64,000 nucleotides of DNA from an uncultured bacterium (GCA_963695095.1 CAVOFT010000001.1:3232001-3296000), one strand, 5' to 3'; counted from the stretch's first letter, positions 24,732 to 34,564 are shown. Notes: a model not told the origin generated them from the letters alone. Made by a program: numbers and translations.

Positions 24732-25439
24732 ATGTTCGCGATCAAGCATCGTGTGCGTCGCCTTCTCCCCTCGCTCTTCACCTTGTCGCTGGGACTGCTC
24801 TGGCTTGGCGATGCCAGCGCCGCCGAGCTGATCACCCTGCGCAGCGGCAACGCCCTGCCCGGCAATCCGGATCCGCAGATCAGCCTGCTCCTGGGCACCG
24901 GCGGCGCGGCCCTCTCGGCCAATCCCTTCACGTCGGCGGATTTCGCCGCCGCCTGCGGCCCCCGCAGCGCCGTCGTCATCACGACGCCCATCGGTCCCTG
25001 GCTCCAGCAGCTCGCCTGCGACCCGCTGGCCAGGTGGGTCGGCACCGATGCCCTCGCCACGCCGGCCTCGGGCCTCTACTGCCAGAACTTCGACGTGGAG
25101 ACCTGCTGCATCGAGTCGGCCGTGCTGAGCTTCTGCTTCTCCACGGACGACGCGCTGGGCGACGGCATCTATGGCGGGCCCAACCTCGACGGCGTCTACC
25201 TCAATGGTGTTGCCGTGACGCCGAGCATCAACACCGGCAGCTACGCCACCGAGACCCAGGTCGGGCCCGTTGACGTGACCGGCCTCATCGCTTGCGGCAG
25301 CAACCAGCTGCAGGTCTACAACCGCGACGCGGCCCTCGTCGTCAGCGGCGTCATCTACAGCGCCACGATCGACATCACCGAGTGCGCGGTGCCCACCGAG
25401 GACAGCAGCTTCGGCAGCGTCAAGTCGCTGTACCGCTAG
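24732..25439 (+). CDS. Secreted Cys-rich beta-sandwich protein with C-terminal SFGSVKSLYR tail
   Basis: Signal peptide, several Cys, jelly-roll-like (TDD..VYLNG..GSNQLQVY), ends VPTEDSSFGSVKSLYR. Confidence 0.75.
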   Translation: MFAIKHRVRRLLPSLFTLSLGLLWLGDASAAELITLRSGNALPGNPDPQISLLLGTGGAALSANPFTSADFAAACGPRSAVVITTPIGPWLQQLACDPLARWVGTDALATPASGLYCQNFDVETCCIESAVLSFCFSTDDALGDGIYGGPNLDGVYLNGVAVTPSINTGSYATETQVGPVDVTGLIACGSNQLQVYNRDAALVVSGVIYSATIDITECAVPTEDSSFGSVKSLYR

Positions 25440-25447
25440 ATGCCCGC

Positions 25448-25477
25448 CGGGCCGTGGCGCGAGGGCGCCACGGCCCG
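25448..25477. terminator. Hairpin between convergent genes
   Basis: cgggccgtggcgc-gagg-gcgccacggcccg, 13-bp stem; no clear U tract. Confidence 0.5.
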
Positions 25478-25488
25478 CCGCGGCTGAC

Positions 25489-27510
25489 TCAGCGCAGGAG
25501 CACCCAGCGCCGGGTGACCGAGGCCTGACCATCGCAGGCGCGGACCAGGTAGATCCCGGCGGGCAGCGATTCCCCCTCGGTATCCTTGCCATCGAGCTGG
25601 AAGTCCCGCATCCCCGGCGTGCCGCGACCGCGATGGAGCGTGCGCAGCCGCCGGCCCTGAATGCTGAACAAGGCAAGATCAAGCTCCCGCTCCCCCGACT
25701 GCTGTAGCGTGAAGCGGCTGCCCGCGCGACCTGGATTGGGATGGATTGCGCCCAGGAACAGCGCGAGTGCTGCCGGCGGCGCGGCACTGCTCGCCTCGGT
25801 CGTGAAGCTCGCGGGGGCCGAGAGGAAGCTATCGCCATCGCTGTCGATGAGCGCGTAGCGATACTGGTAGGTCGTGCCCGGAAGCAGTTCGCTCAGGGCG
25901 AATGCCAGGGTCATTTCGGCTGCGTCGACGTGCAGGGTATCGCTGAGTTCGCCGGTCCCGTAGGCCAGCCATCCGGCGCAGAGCTCGCTGCAATCCACGC
26001 GAAGCAGGGCATGAGAACCTCCGACCTGAAGGTCCTCCCCGCGCGGCTCCGGAGCTTCGTCGGTGGCGATAAGGGCACTCGTCACGTCCCAATCCCAAGC
26101 GGCTTGAGCCGTCCACAGATCCTGATAGCCGCCGAGGACTACGAGCAGCGGATCGCCATGTTCGCTCATCTGAATGGTGTTGGCATCGCTGCTGAGCGCA
26201 TTGGCCGCGGGCGTTACAGGCGCGCTGATCTCGTAGGCCATGGCCCCACCGCGATACTCGTTGCCATACCAACGAGATCCCCTGACCTCGCGCCCCGCTG
26301 CATCATCGTTGCAGAGCCGGGCGCAACGCCCGCGGGCAGTATCGATGCTATTCCCATGGAACTCGCAGTCCCAGCCGGCCTTGTCGAGAATCCCATTGCG
26401 CCAGGTCCCCGCAATCGAGTTGTCGCGGACGTCTGCCCCATCATTCCCCTTGATGACCAGCCCGTAGCCCCCGCCAATGATCTCGTTGTCATGCACGCTG
26501 GGCTGGAGAGTATAGCCCACGAAGAGGTCGTGCTTGGCGGTGTCCGCCACCGGTATCGGCAGGGAAACGCGGTTGTGAGCGATCTCAACGCCGCGGTACT
26601 CGATCGCGACGGGCGCTTCCGAGCCCACCATGATCCCGTACTGATTCGCCAGCGACGTTGAATAGAGCGTGTTGCCGGCTATGGTCGCGCTGGTGATCGA
26701 AAGGGCGCCCGCGGGGAAGCCAAGACCGTGCCCCGCACCGAGGAAGAGAGCATTGTCGCTCACCTGGACGCGATCCGAGTTCGCCACGAACACCGCCCAC
26801 TGCGACCCGAGGTCGAGCGGCTGCTCGGGGCAGCCGAAGTCGTTGGCGGTCAGACAGAGGTCGCCGCAGCGATTCGCGAGCAGGACCCCGGCCCCAACCA
26901 CGAAGAAGTCGCAATCCGCGATGCGCACGGCGGCGCAGTCGAGCAGGCGTACCGCTGTGGCGACGAGGGGCGCGGCCACCGTTCCGAATTCGCAGCCATC
27001 AACAATCAGACCGCCGCCGCCGGTGAAGTCCAATCCGGCGATCAAGGCGCAGACGAATCGGCAGCCGCGAAACTCCACCGAGAACGGGGCACCCCGCACC
27101 AACTGGGCGCATGAATCGGCACCGTGAACGGTGAAGCCGAAGAAGCTCGGATCCGCGGCTGTCGCAATGTCCATGACGCAGGCGCTCGGCGCTTGTGCCT
27201 GCAGGATCACCTCGCCATCGGCAATGTAGGCCAGATCCGCCAGCGGGGATTCGAGGCGAAGGTATCCAAGCCCGGCGGAATTCTCGCGATAGACGCCCGA
27301 CGCCACATGGATCTCCGCGCCGGAGGGCGCCATTTCATCGGCTCGATCCAGCGTTTGCCAAGCGGTGGCTGGCGTAAGGCCGTCGGCTGCATCATCGCCA
27401 CTGGCGCTCACGAAGCGGAGTGGCGCATCAGCTAGAGGGGTGGATGTCAGAAGACATGACAGTGCACAGGCAAGTAGATAGCCCTTGGTGCAGCAGCCAC
27501 GCCAGCCCAT
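25489..27510 (-). CDS. Secreted right-handed parallel beta-helix (pectin lyase-like) protein with FN3-like and FlgD-Ig C-terminal domains
   Basis: FVSASGDDAADGLTPATAWQTL, IHVASGVY, repeated I/V-x-x-N beta-helix coils, LLPGTTYQYR, HPNPG...LPAGIYLVR...RRWVLLR. Confidence 0.75.
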   Translation of the reverse strand: MGWRGCCTKGYLLACALSCLLTSTPLADAPLRFVSASGDDAADGLTPATAWQTLDRADEMAPSGAEIHVASGVYRENSAGLGYLRLESPLADLAYIADGEVILQAQAPSACVMDIATAADPSFFGFTVHGADSCAQLVRGAPFSVEFRGCRFVCALIAGLDFTGGGGLIVDGCEFGTVAAPLVATAVRLLDCAAVRIADCDFFVVGAGVLLANRCGDLCLTANDFGCPEQPLDLGSQWAVFVANSDRVQVSDNALFLGAGHGLGFPAGALSITSATIAGNTLYSTSLANQYGIMVGSEAPVAIEYRGVEIAHNRVSLPIPVADTAKHDLFVGYTLQPSVHDNEIIGGGYGLVIKGNDGADVRDNSIAGTWRNGILDKAGWDCEFHGNSIDTARGRCARLCNDDAAGREVRGSRWYGNEYRGGAMAYEISAPVTPAANALSSDANTIQMSEHGDPLLVVLGGYQDLWTAQAAWDWDVTSALIATDEAPEPRGEDLQVGGSHALLRVDCSELCAGWLAYGTGELSDTLHVDAAEMTLAFALSELLPGTTYQYRYALIDSDGDSFLSAPASFTTEASSAAPPAALALFLGAIHPNPGRAGSRFTLQQSGERELDLALFSIQGRRLRTLHRGRGTPGMRDFQLDGKDTEGESLPAGIYLVRACDGQASVTRRWVLLR

Positions 27511-27631
27511 CGTTGTCCCCTTCGAGGCGCCCGGTCCGCACCCTCGTCCCAATCATACCGGACTTCAGCTCCTAAGTTAAGAGCTGTGATGTGAGGGAGC
27601 GGGGAAAAGCGACGGCTTCGCGCAAGAGTCG

Positions 27632-27899
27632 CTACCCATCGGCGGCTGCCGGATTCCGCAGCAAGATGATGACCTCGCTGCGCTCGATCGGCATCCGGTT
27701 CAGGCTCAGCGCGAGCGTCAGGCCCGCCTGCTTCGCCCAGCGGCGCAGCGCACGAAAGCGGATTGCCCCGCGCATGCAGGTCTTGAAGGGGCCCACGTCG
27801 CCGATGCCGGCCGCAGCCCGCCTCGAGGACGCGCAGGGATGAGCGATCCCGCAGCTGGCCGTCGACGAACCGGCGCAGGCGATCGATGTGATCCGTCAT
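27632..27899 (-). pseudogene. Internally deleted SAM-dependent methyltransferase remnant
   Basis: SD plus MTDHIDRLRRFVDGQLRDRSSLRVLEAGCG (motif I), then an abrupt switch to another frame, GDVGPFKTCMR...SEVIILLRNP, stopping at 27632. Confidence 0.55.
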
Positions 27900-27917
27900 C
27901 GTGATTTCCTTGGCCGC

Positions 27918-29432
27918 CTAGATCGGGAACACTCGCCGCCGGAGAGCGCCGTTCAGGTGCTCGCGCTCGCTCCGGGTGAAGACCGGCAGACGCCAGGCGA
28001 GCAGTCCGTAGATGATCACCCCCAAGGCCACGGCCATCAGCAAGCGCGGCACGCTGCTGATCCAGCCGGAGGCCAGGACCGGCCAGATGGCCAGCGCCAT
28101 GATCCCCGAGTAGGCGAAGATCCGGAAGGTGGCCGCCCAGGGAATGCGGATGGGGATCACCCGCTTCACCATCAGGTAGGTGAAGATGTAGCCCATCGCC
28201 ATCGCGCTGCCGGTGGCGATGGCCGCGCCCATGATGCCGTAGGGCGGAATGAGCACGATGTCCATGATCACGTTGTAGATGACGAAGATGCGGCTGTAGA
28301 GCGTGATCTCCGGGCGCTCGAGCACCACCAGCAAGAAGCTGCTCGTGTTGCAGAAGTAGAAGACGAACATCCCCAGGAAGAACACGCGAAAGGCCGGCAC
28401 CGAAGGCAGGAACTTGGGATCGAAGATCAGGGCCGTGATCGGTGTCGCGAGCAGGAGCGAGCCCACCAGCGTGGGGGCGAGGAAGGTCGTCACCACCTTG
28501 TTGAAGAAGGCGAAGACGCGGATGAGTTGCTGCGGATCCTGTCGCTTCGTGTACTCCCGCACGTAGACCGGCACCAGCACCGAGAGCAGGAAGCTCGTCG
28601 GCACCAGGTTCGCCAGCATGTGCACGTTTCTGGCTGCGAAGCCGTAGAGGCCGGCCGCCTCCGTGTTGTGGTAGTGGGTGATGAACCAGATGTCGATGTC
28701 GGCGAAGAAGCCGACCAGCGTGAGCGTGGTCGTGTAGCGCAGCAGGCCGTAGCGGATCATGCGCCGCCAGGGCAGGGGCTCGTCCACGCCCTCCGGCAGA
28801 TCCCGATTCAAGCCCAGCGCGCGCGTCATCATCAGGCCCAGCAGGAGCGCGTTGCTGAGGACGAGGTAGAGGATCACCGTCTCGATCGAACCGTCCTGGG
28901 GCAGGGCTAGCCAGAAAAGCGCGAACTTCAGGGCCTGAAAGCCGGCCAGGGCGAGGTTGCGGAACTTCTGGCTGCGGTGGGCGGTGAGCATTTCCTCGTA
29001 GATGAATGCCTCGAACTTGAACAGCATGAAGAGGAAGAAGTAGGGCAGGAGCCCTGGAAACTCGGGCGCATTGAGCCAGACGGCGAGCGGGTCCTGGAAG
29101 CCCCAGCAGACGGCGGCGATGATGAGGCTGGCCACCAGGTGGACCAGGGGGGCGATGCGCTTGAGCGTGATTGCGCCCTGCCGGTTGCCGCGGGCGATCA
29201 GCTCGGGCAGGTAGCGCTGGATGATGGCCTGTGCCCCCAGCGAGAAGAGCAGGGTGCCCATGGCATAGGTTGACAGCATCACCGAGTAGAGGCCGTAGTT
29301 GGCCAGGCTGAGCTTGCGCACGAGCACCAGGTTGATCAGCAGCGAGAAGCCCTGCGTCGCGTAGGAGCCGAAGGCGACGTAGAAGGAGTCGCCGAGCAGG
29401 GAGCGCAGCTTGCCGCCGGTGGCTTCGCCCAT
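27918..29432 (-). CDS. Wzx-like oligosaccharide flippase (polysaccharide transporter)
   Basis: Many TM helices; LSLANYGLYS, EAAGLYGFAA, LIPPYGIMGAAIAT. Confidence 0.85.
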   Translation of the reverse strand: MGEATGGKLRSLLGDSFYVAFGSYATQGFSLLINLVLVRKLSLANYGLYSVMLSTYAMGTLLFSLGAQAIIQRYLPELIARGNRQGAITLKRIAPLVHLVASLIIAAVCWGFQDPLAVWLNAPEFPGLLPYFFLFMLFKFEAFIYEEMLTAHRSQKFRNLALAGFQALKFALFWLALPQDGSIETVILYLVLSNALLLGLMMTRALGLNRDLPEGVDEPLPWRRMIRYGLLRYTTTLTLVGFFADIDIWFITHYHNTEAAGLYGFAARNVHMLANLVPTSFLLSVLVPVYVREYTKRQDPQQLIRVFAFFNKVVTTFLAPTLVGSLLLATPITALIFDPKFLPSVPAFRVFFLGMFVFYFCNTSSFLLVVLERPEITLYSRIFVIYNVIMDIVLIPPYGIMGAAIATGSAMAMGYIFTYLMVKRVIPIRIPWAATFRIFAYSGIMALAIWPVLASGWISSVPRLLMAVALGVIIYGLLAWRLPVFTRSEREHLNGALRRRVFPI

Positions 29433-30185
29433 CTACCAGACCACCACCCAGCCGGCGCTCAGATCCCAGCTGCGGTCGAGGTCCAGGTCCGGCGGCGGCG
29501 CCACGGATCGCGCCTCGAGGATCAGCTCGGTGGTCTTGCCGAGCATGCGATTGAAGCCGATGGCCCAGCTCTCCGTGCGGCGGCCGTCGGCGAGGCTCTG
29601 GTAGCCGGCCAGGCTCTCCTGCCGCAACTCGGCCAGCAGCCGGCCGGCCGGGCCGACGCCCAGGTGCAGGCCGTAGCTGAAGCGCCGCCGCCGGCCGATG
29701 ACGGCCTCGTCCTCCGGGTCCACATCGCGCTCCCAGTGCTGTGTCCCCCGCCAGTAGAGGCCGCCGCGGGGACCGTCGTAGTTCACTTCGACGCCCACGC
29801 CGCGGCGGGCCTCGCCCAGGCCCGCGCCGTAGGCGCTGAGTTCCGCCCAGCCGTCCAGGGAAAAGGCCGTCTGCGCCATCAGCGTCTGGAAATAGCCGAG
29901 CGTGAGGTAGTCGAGGCCGCCCTCGTGGCGGTCAGTGCTGGACAGGCCCGTGAAGACATAGGCATGCGAACGCGCGGAGATGCCGACCGCCGCGCCGGTG
30001 ATCGCCAGCATTCCGCGCAGGTCCTCGCTGTCGGCGCCCTGGCCGTAGCGCACCAGGTAGGCCTCGGCCGCCTTCAAGCCGAGCGGGTAGACCTCGTAGG
30101 TATCGAGGGCGAGCGCCGGCCGCAGCGCCGCCAGGCAGAGCGCGCAGGCGAGCAGGGCCCGCAGCAGGATCGCAGACACGGCGAC
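29433..30185 (-). CDS. Probable outer-membrane beta-barrel protein
   Basis: Signal peptide, alternating amphipathic strands, terminal aromatic (SAGWVVVW); stop abuts the flippase start. Confidence 0.6.
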   Translation of the reverse strand, partial: VAVSAILLRALLACALCLAALRPALALDTYEVYPLGLKAAEAYLVRYGQGADSEDLRGMLAITGAAVGISARSHAYVFTGLSSTDRHEGGLDYLTLGYFQTLMAQTAFSLDGWAELSAYGAGLGEARRGVGVEVNYDGPRGGLYWRGTQHWERDVDPEDEAVIGRRRRFSYGLHLGVGPAGRLLAELRQESLAGYQSLADGRRTESWAIGFNRMLGKTTELILEARSVAPPPDLDLDRSWDLSAGWVVVW

Positions 30186-30386
30186 ACCTTTCCCGGGGTC
30201 GGGCCCCGTCCGGTTCACGGTCGCGAGCGGGCGCAACCGGCGTCAACGCTGAGGAACTGCCCGGGAGGCCCCGAACAGCCGGATGATCCGCCCGCCGGGC
30301 CGCAGGTCCAGGCCCAGCCCCCCCACGCCGACCGCGCTCTGCCACTCAGTAGCCCCGTGCGCCGGTCCGGTCAAGGAAATCACGCG

Positions 30387-30914
30387 ATGGGAAGCCCTTC
30401 GGCATCCGGATTGCTGTTGCCACCCCGACTGCGTAGATTGCCGCGGCCTCGCACCGCGCCCGGATCTCCCGAGGCCGTCTGGGCAATCACGAGGAATCGG
30501 GAGGCAGGCTTGATCCGCCGGGTGCTGCACATCCTTTTTGCCGCCGCCAGCTGGATCCTCTTCGTCGACTACTGGATCCTCGTGCTGGGCCAGCCCATGA
30601 GCAGCGGGCTGCGGGTGGCCTTGGGCTTCGTCGCCATCACCCTGGTGCTGGTGCCCCTGCTCGTTTACCTCTGGATCCTGCACAACTTGAGTCTCGCCAG
30701 GCGCTGGCGGCAGCGCCGCCAGGGCCGCCGCGACCCGGGCGAGGACTTCTTCGAGGACTTCCTCGGCCGCTCGCTCGCCGGCACCGATCTGCGCAGCTTG
30801 CAGACGGCCCGTGAGCTGACCATCGAGATCGACGGCGAGCGCAAGCGCTATCGCGCCGTCACTGATGCGCCGAAGGGCGACCAGCCCAAGCCGGGCATGG
30901 AGGAGGCGCGCTAG
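30387..30914 (+). CDS. pgaD: PgaD-like PNAG biosynthesis membrane protein
   Basis: Two TM helices, WILHN, basic stretch, LQTARELTIEID; directly upstream of pgaC. Start could be TTG 30510. Confidence 0.6.
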   Translation: MGSPSASGLLLPPRLRRLPRPRTAPGSPEAVWAITRNREAGLIRRVLHILFAAASWILFVDYWILVLGQPMSSGLRVALGFVAITLVLVPLLVYLWILHNLSLARRWRQRRQGRRDPGEDFFEDFLGRSLAGTDLRSLQTARELTIEIDGERKRYRAVTDAPKGDQPKPGMEEAR

Positions 30915-30915
30915 C

Positions 30916-32178
30916 ATGGACCTCCTGCACCTGCTCGATATCGTCGAGCATTCGCGCATCTACTTCATCGCCCTGGTGTTCTTCGCCTGGTATCCGGTCT
31001 TCTCCTCCATCATCTGGATCGTCACCTCGCTCTTCTATGCCGGCCGCCGGGAGCGCGATCCCGAGACGGACTTCTACGAGCTGCCCGAACCACCACCCTC
31101 GGTAACGGTGCTCATCCCGGCCTTCAACGAGGCCGCGGGCCTGCCGAACACGCTGGCCGGCTGCGCCGAGATCGACTATCCCGACCTGGAGATCGTCGTC
31201 GTCGACGATGCCTCCACGGACACCACCGTGGCCGCCGTGCGCCCCTTCCTCGCCGATCCGCGCTTCCGCCTCGTGCGCAAGGTCTTCAACGAGGGCAAGG
31301 CGATGGCGATGAACGATGCCATCCCCGTGACGCGGGGAGAAATCATCATCATCATCGACGCCGACGCACGGCCCTGCCCCGAGCTGGCGCGGGTGATGGT
31401 GCCGCACTTCAAGACGCCGCGCGTGGGCGCCGTCACCGGCAACCCACGGGTGGCCAACCGCACCACCTTCCTCGCCAAGCTGCAGACCATCGAATTCACG
31501 AGCATCATCAGCCTGCAGCGGCGCTCCCAGCGCATCTTCGGCCGCATCATGACGATGAGCGGCGTGGTCGGCGCCTTCCACCGCTGGGCCCTGCTCGACG
31601 TCGGCCTCTATCGCCCGGAGATGGCCACCGAGGACATCGACCTCACCTGGCGCCTGCAGCTGCGCCACTGGGACATCCGCTACGAGCCGCGCGCCGTGGT
31701 CTGGATGAACGTGCCGCGGAGCCTGCGCGGCCTCTGGCACCAGCGCCGGCGCTGGGCGCTGGGGCTCGCCCAGGTGCTCCGCGCCCATGGCGGCCGCGCG
31801 CTGAGCTGGGAGCATCGCCGCCTTTGGCCCGTGCTTTCGGAGAGCCTGCTGTCCATGCTCTGGGCCTACGACTTCGTCATCCTCACCGCGATCTGGATTT
31901 TGAGCTATGCGATGGGCTACCCTCCCGTCGGCGCGAGCCCGATCCCGAATCTCTGGGGCATGATCATCGCCACGATCTGCCTGCTCCAGCTCGGCACGGG
32001 CGTGCTGCTCGATCGCCGCTACGACAAGCGCCTGGGCTGGTACTATGGCGTCGCCGTGCTCTACCCGCTGATCTACTGGATGCTGATGGCCATCGTGACC
32101 TTCATCTCGGCCCCCAAGGGTCTCTTCCGCAGCCCGGGGAAGGGGGTGACCCGATGGAAACCCGTGCGCGGCTTGTAG
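30916..32178 (+). CDS. pgaC: Poly-beta-1,6-N-acetylglucosamine synthase (GT2)
   Basis: LIPAFNE, VDDASTD, GKAMAMN, IDADA, GAVTGNPRVANR, TMSGVV, TEDIDLTWRLQ, QRRRWALG. Confidence 0.9.
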   Translation: MDLLHLLDIVEHSRIYFIALVFFAWYPVFSSIIWIVTSLFYAGRRERDPETDFYELPEPPPSVTVLIPAFNEAAGLPNTLAGCAEIDYPDLEIVVVDDASTDTTVAAVRPFLADPRFRLVRKVFNEGKAMAMNDAIPVTRGEIIIIIDADARPCPELARVMVPHFKTPRVGAVTGNPRVANRTTFLAKLQTIEFTSIISLQRRSQRIFGRIMTMSGVVGAFHRWALLDVGLYRPEMATEDIDLTWRLQLRHWDIRYEPRAVVWMNVPRSLRGLWHQRRRWALGLAQVLRAHGGRALSWEHRRLWPVLSESLLSMLWAYDFVILTAIWILSYAMGYPPVGASPIPNLWGMIIATICLLQLGTGVLLDRRYDKRLGWYYGVAVLYPLIYWMLMAIVTFISAPKGLFRSPGKGVTRWKPVRGL

Positions 32179-33608
32179 CCGCCCTCGCGCTGGCGCTGCT
32201 CGCGGCCCCCGCCCTGGCCGACGCCGGCGAGACCAGCCCCGCCGATTCGCTGCTCACCGCAGCGCGCGCGGCGGCCGCGGCGGACCGCCACCCGGAAGCC
32301 ATCGCGCTCTACGAGGCGGCGGCGGCGGCGGATTCCGCGCTCGCCCCGGCCCTGGCCGGCGAGCGCGCCTATCAACTGCTCTGGGCCGATCGCCTGGCCG
32401 AGTCGCTGGCGCTGTTCAATCAGGCCCTCGCGGATGATCGCAGCAGCGCCGACTGGCAACTCGGCCGTGCGCGATGCCTCAACTGGATGGGCCGCCACGA
32501 CGAGGCCGCGGCCGCCTACACGGCCTATCTCGCCGCGCATCCGGCGCCCGACGCGCAGCGCGAGGAGGCGGAGCTGGGCCTCGCCCAGGCCGAGCGCTGG
32601 CGCGGCCGCGAGGACCGCGCGCTGGCCCTGCTCGAGAGCGCCCGCTGGCCCATCGATAGCGAGCGCCGCGCGATCCGCGACGAGATCCGCGCCGAGCTGG
32701 CACCCTGGGTGCAGATCGCCGGCGGCAAGATCCACGACAGCGATCCCACCGACCGGCCCTGGGTGGACCTGAGCGCCGGCGGCTACCTGACGCCGCGTCT
32801 GGGTTGGGAGCTGATCGCCGGCCGCGCCGATTTCGAGGGCTATGGCTACGAGACGGCCATCCCCCGCCTCGGTGCGGGCCTGCGCTGGCGGGCCGGCGCC
32901 ACCTGGACCCTGCAGGCCAACGCCGCCTGGTCGCACTACGATCTCGCCTACGTGGACAGCTATCCGCCCGCCGATCCGCCGGCGGTGCTCGCGGCGGATT
33001 ACCATCTCGCCACCGGCGAGCTGGGCGCCACCTGGCGGCCGCAAGCCCGCCTGCGCGCCGACCTCGGCCTCTTCCGTCAGGCCGCGCCCACGCCTCTGGC
33101 CCTCGCCCACGAGAACCATGTGGGCGGCGCCACCGCCGGCGTCGACATCGGACTGACGCGCGCCCTCACGCTGGTGATCGGCGGCGGGCTGGCCGAAGTG
33201 GATGACGACAACCGCCGCGCCACTGCGCGGATCGCCCTGCGCTGGGGCTGGCGGCAGAGCCGCGTCCTGGAGCTGCAAATCGAGCCCGAGCTGCGCTGGC
33301 TGGACTACGAGTTCACCGGCGGCCTCGGCTACTGGAGCCCCGACGCCGTCCAGGCCGCCGTCCTGCGCGCCGTGGCCACCGGCGTGCTGGGGCCGCGCCT
33401 GGACTATCGCCTCGAGGCCGGCGGCGGCAGCGAGAAGGAGAAGGACCGCGACGCCGTCGGCATCGGCGACTGGTCGGCCGAACTGGGCTGGCACCCGGCG
33501 CCGCGCGCGCGCCTGTGGGCGGCCGGCGGCAGCGGCAAGAGCCGCCTCGACAGCGCGGGCGGCTATCGCCGGGAGTGGTGGGCCGCAGGCCTCCGGCTCG
33601 GCTTCTGA
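32154..33608 (+). CDS. pgaA: TPR plus outer-membrane beta-barrel export protein (PgaA-like)
   Basis: Signal peptide, TPR-like helices, beta strands with YWSP, C-terminal LRLGF; overlaps the pgaC stop. Confidence 0.6.
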   Translation: METRARLVAALALALLAAPALADAGETSPADSLLTAARAAAAADRHPEAIALYEAAAAADSALAPALAGERAYQLLWADRLAESLALFNQALADDRSSADWQLGRARCLNWMGRHDEAAAAYTAYLAAHPAPDAQREEAELGLAQAERWRGREDRALALLESARWPIDSERRAIRDEIRAELAPWVQIAGGKIHDSDPTDRPWVDLSAGGYLTPRLGWELIAGRADFEGYGYETAIPRLGAGLRWRAGATWTLQANAAWSHYDLAYVDSYPPADPPAVLAADYHLATGELGATWRPQARLRADLGLFRQAAPTPLALAHENHVGGATAGVDIGLTRALTLVIGGGLAEVDDDNRRATARIALRWGWRQSRVLELQIEPELRWLDYEFTGGLGYWSPDAVQAAVLRAVATGVLGPRLDYRLEAGGGSEKEKDRDAVGIGDWSAELGWHPAPRARLWAAGGSGKSRLDSAGGYRREWWAAGLRLGF

Positions 33609-34564
33609 TGAAGCGCCCCTCGCTCGCGCAACTGGCAATGGCCCTCGCTCTCGCCGTCCTCGCCGGCTCCTGGGCCGGTTGCGGTCGGCAGGAGGATCCC
33701 GCCCGGGCGGTGGTGCCCAATGCCGATCGCGATCCCGCCCTCAACGGCGCACAGCTGCCGGGCGAAGAGCAGGGCGTCACCGTGCTCTGCTATCACTACT
33801 TCTCCGATCACGGAGCGCCGGCCCGGGCGCTCAGGGCAGCCGGCGCCGTGCTGCTCGGCCTGCCGCTCGTCAAGGACGTGGAGACCTGGACCACGCCCGC
33901 CGGCCAGTTCGAGCACCAGCTCCGCTTCCTTGCCGAGCGCGGCTACCAGAGTCTCAGCCTGGATGAGTTGCTGGAGATCGCCGAGGGGCGCGCGCCCCTG
34001 CCCGAGCGAGCGGTCGTGATCAGCTTCGACGACGGCGATCGCAGCGTCCACCAGATCGCCTGGCCCCTCATGCGCAAGTACGGCTTCAAGGGCGTGCTCT
34101 TCATCGTCGACGGCTGGATGGACGGCCCCGCGCCTCCGGACCTCGAGGTGATGAGCTGGGCGGAACTGCGGGAGCTCGCCGCCAGCGGCGACTTCGAGGT
34201 GCAGAGCCACACCCACGCGATGCACTACAAGACCTGGCACGAGGATGCCTACTACGCCGTGGCCGAGGTGCTCGACTGGCTGGAGGAGCCCGTCGCGCTG
34301 GAGCGCATCGCCGCCGACCTGCGCGAGAGCCGCAGCGTCCTCGGCGAGCGCCTGGGCACGACGCCGCGCTACCTCGCCTGGCCCTACGGCAGCGCCACCG
34401 CCCGCACGGATTCCATCGCCCGCGCCGCGGGCTTCGCCGGCAGTTTCGGCCTGCGCTTCGGCCGGGTCGGCAGCGAGGAGAGCTCGCCGATGAGCCTGCC
34501 GCGCTACGCCATCACGGCCCGCACCAGCCGCACCTTCTTCGCCCGCCTGCTGGGCGAGGACTGA
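33608..34564 (+). CDS. pgaB: Polysaccharide deacetylase (CE4) lipoprotein, PgaB/IcaB-like, single domain
   Basis: Lipobox WAGC, VLCYH, ISFDDG, QSHTHAMH, LAWPYG, LPR. Confidence 0.75.
   Translation: MKRPSLAQLAMALALAVLAGSWAGCGRQEDPARAVVPNADRDPALNGAQLPGEEQGVTVLCYHYFSDHGAPARALRAAGAVLLGLPLVKDVETWTTPAGQFEHQLRFLAERGYQSLSLDELLEIAEGRAPLPERAVVISFDDGDRSVHQIAWPLMRKYGFKGVLFIVDGWMDGPAPPDLEVMSWAELRELAASGDFEVQSHTHAMHYKTWHEDAYYAVAEVLDWLEEPVALERIAADLRESRSVLGERLGTTPRYLAWPYGSATARTDSIARAAGFAGSFGLRFGRVGSEESSPMSLPRYAITARTSRTFFARLLGED

Noticed and set aside
30240..30386. c-di-GMP riboswitch before the pga operon
   Set aside because: No recognisable consensus for class I or class II.
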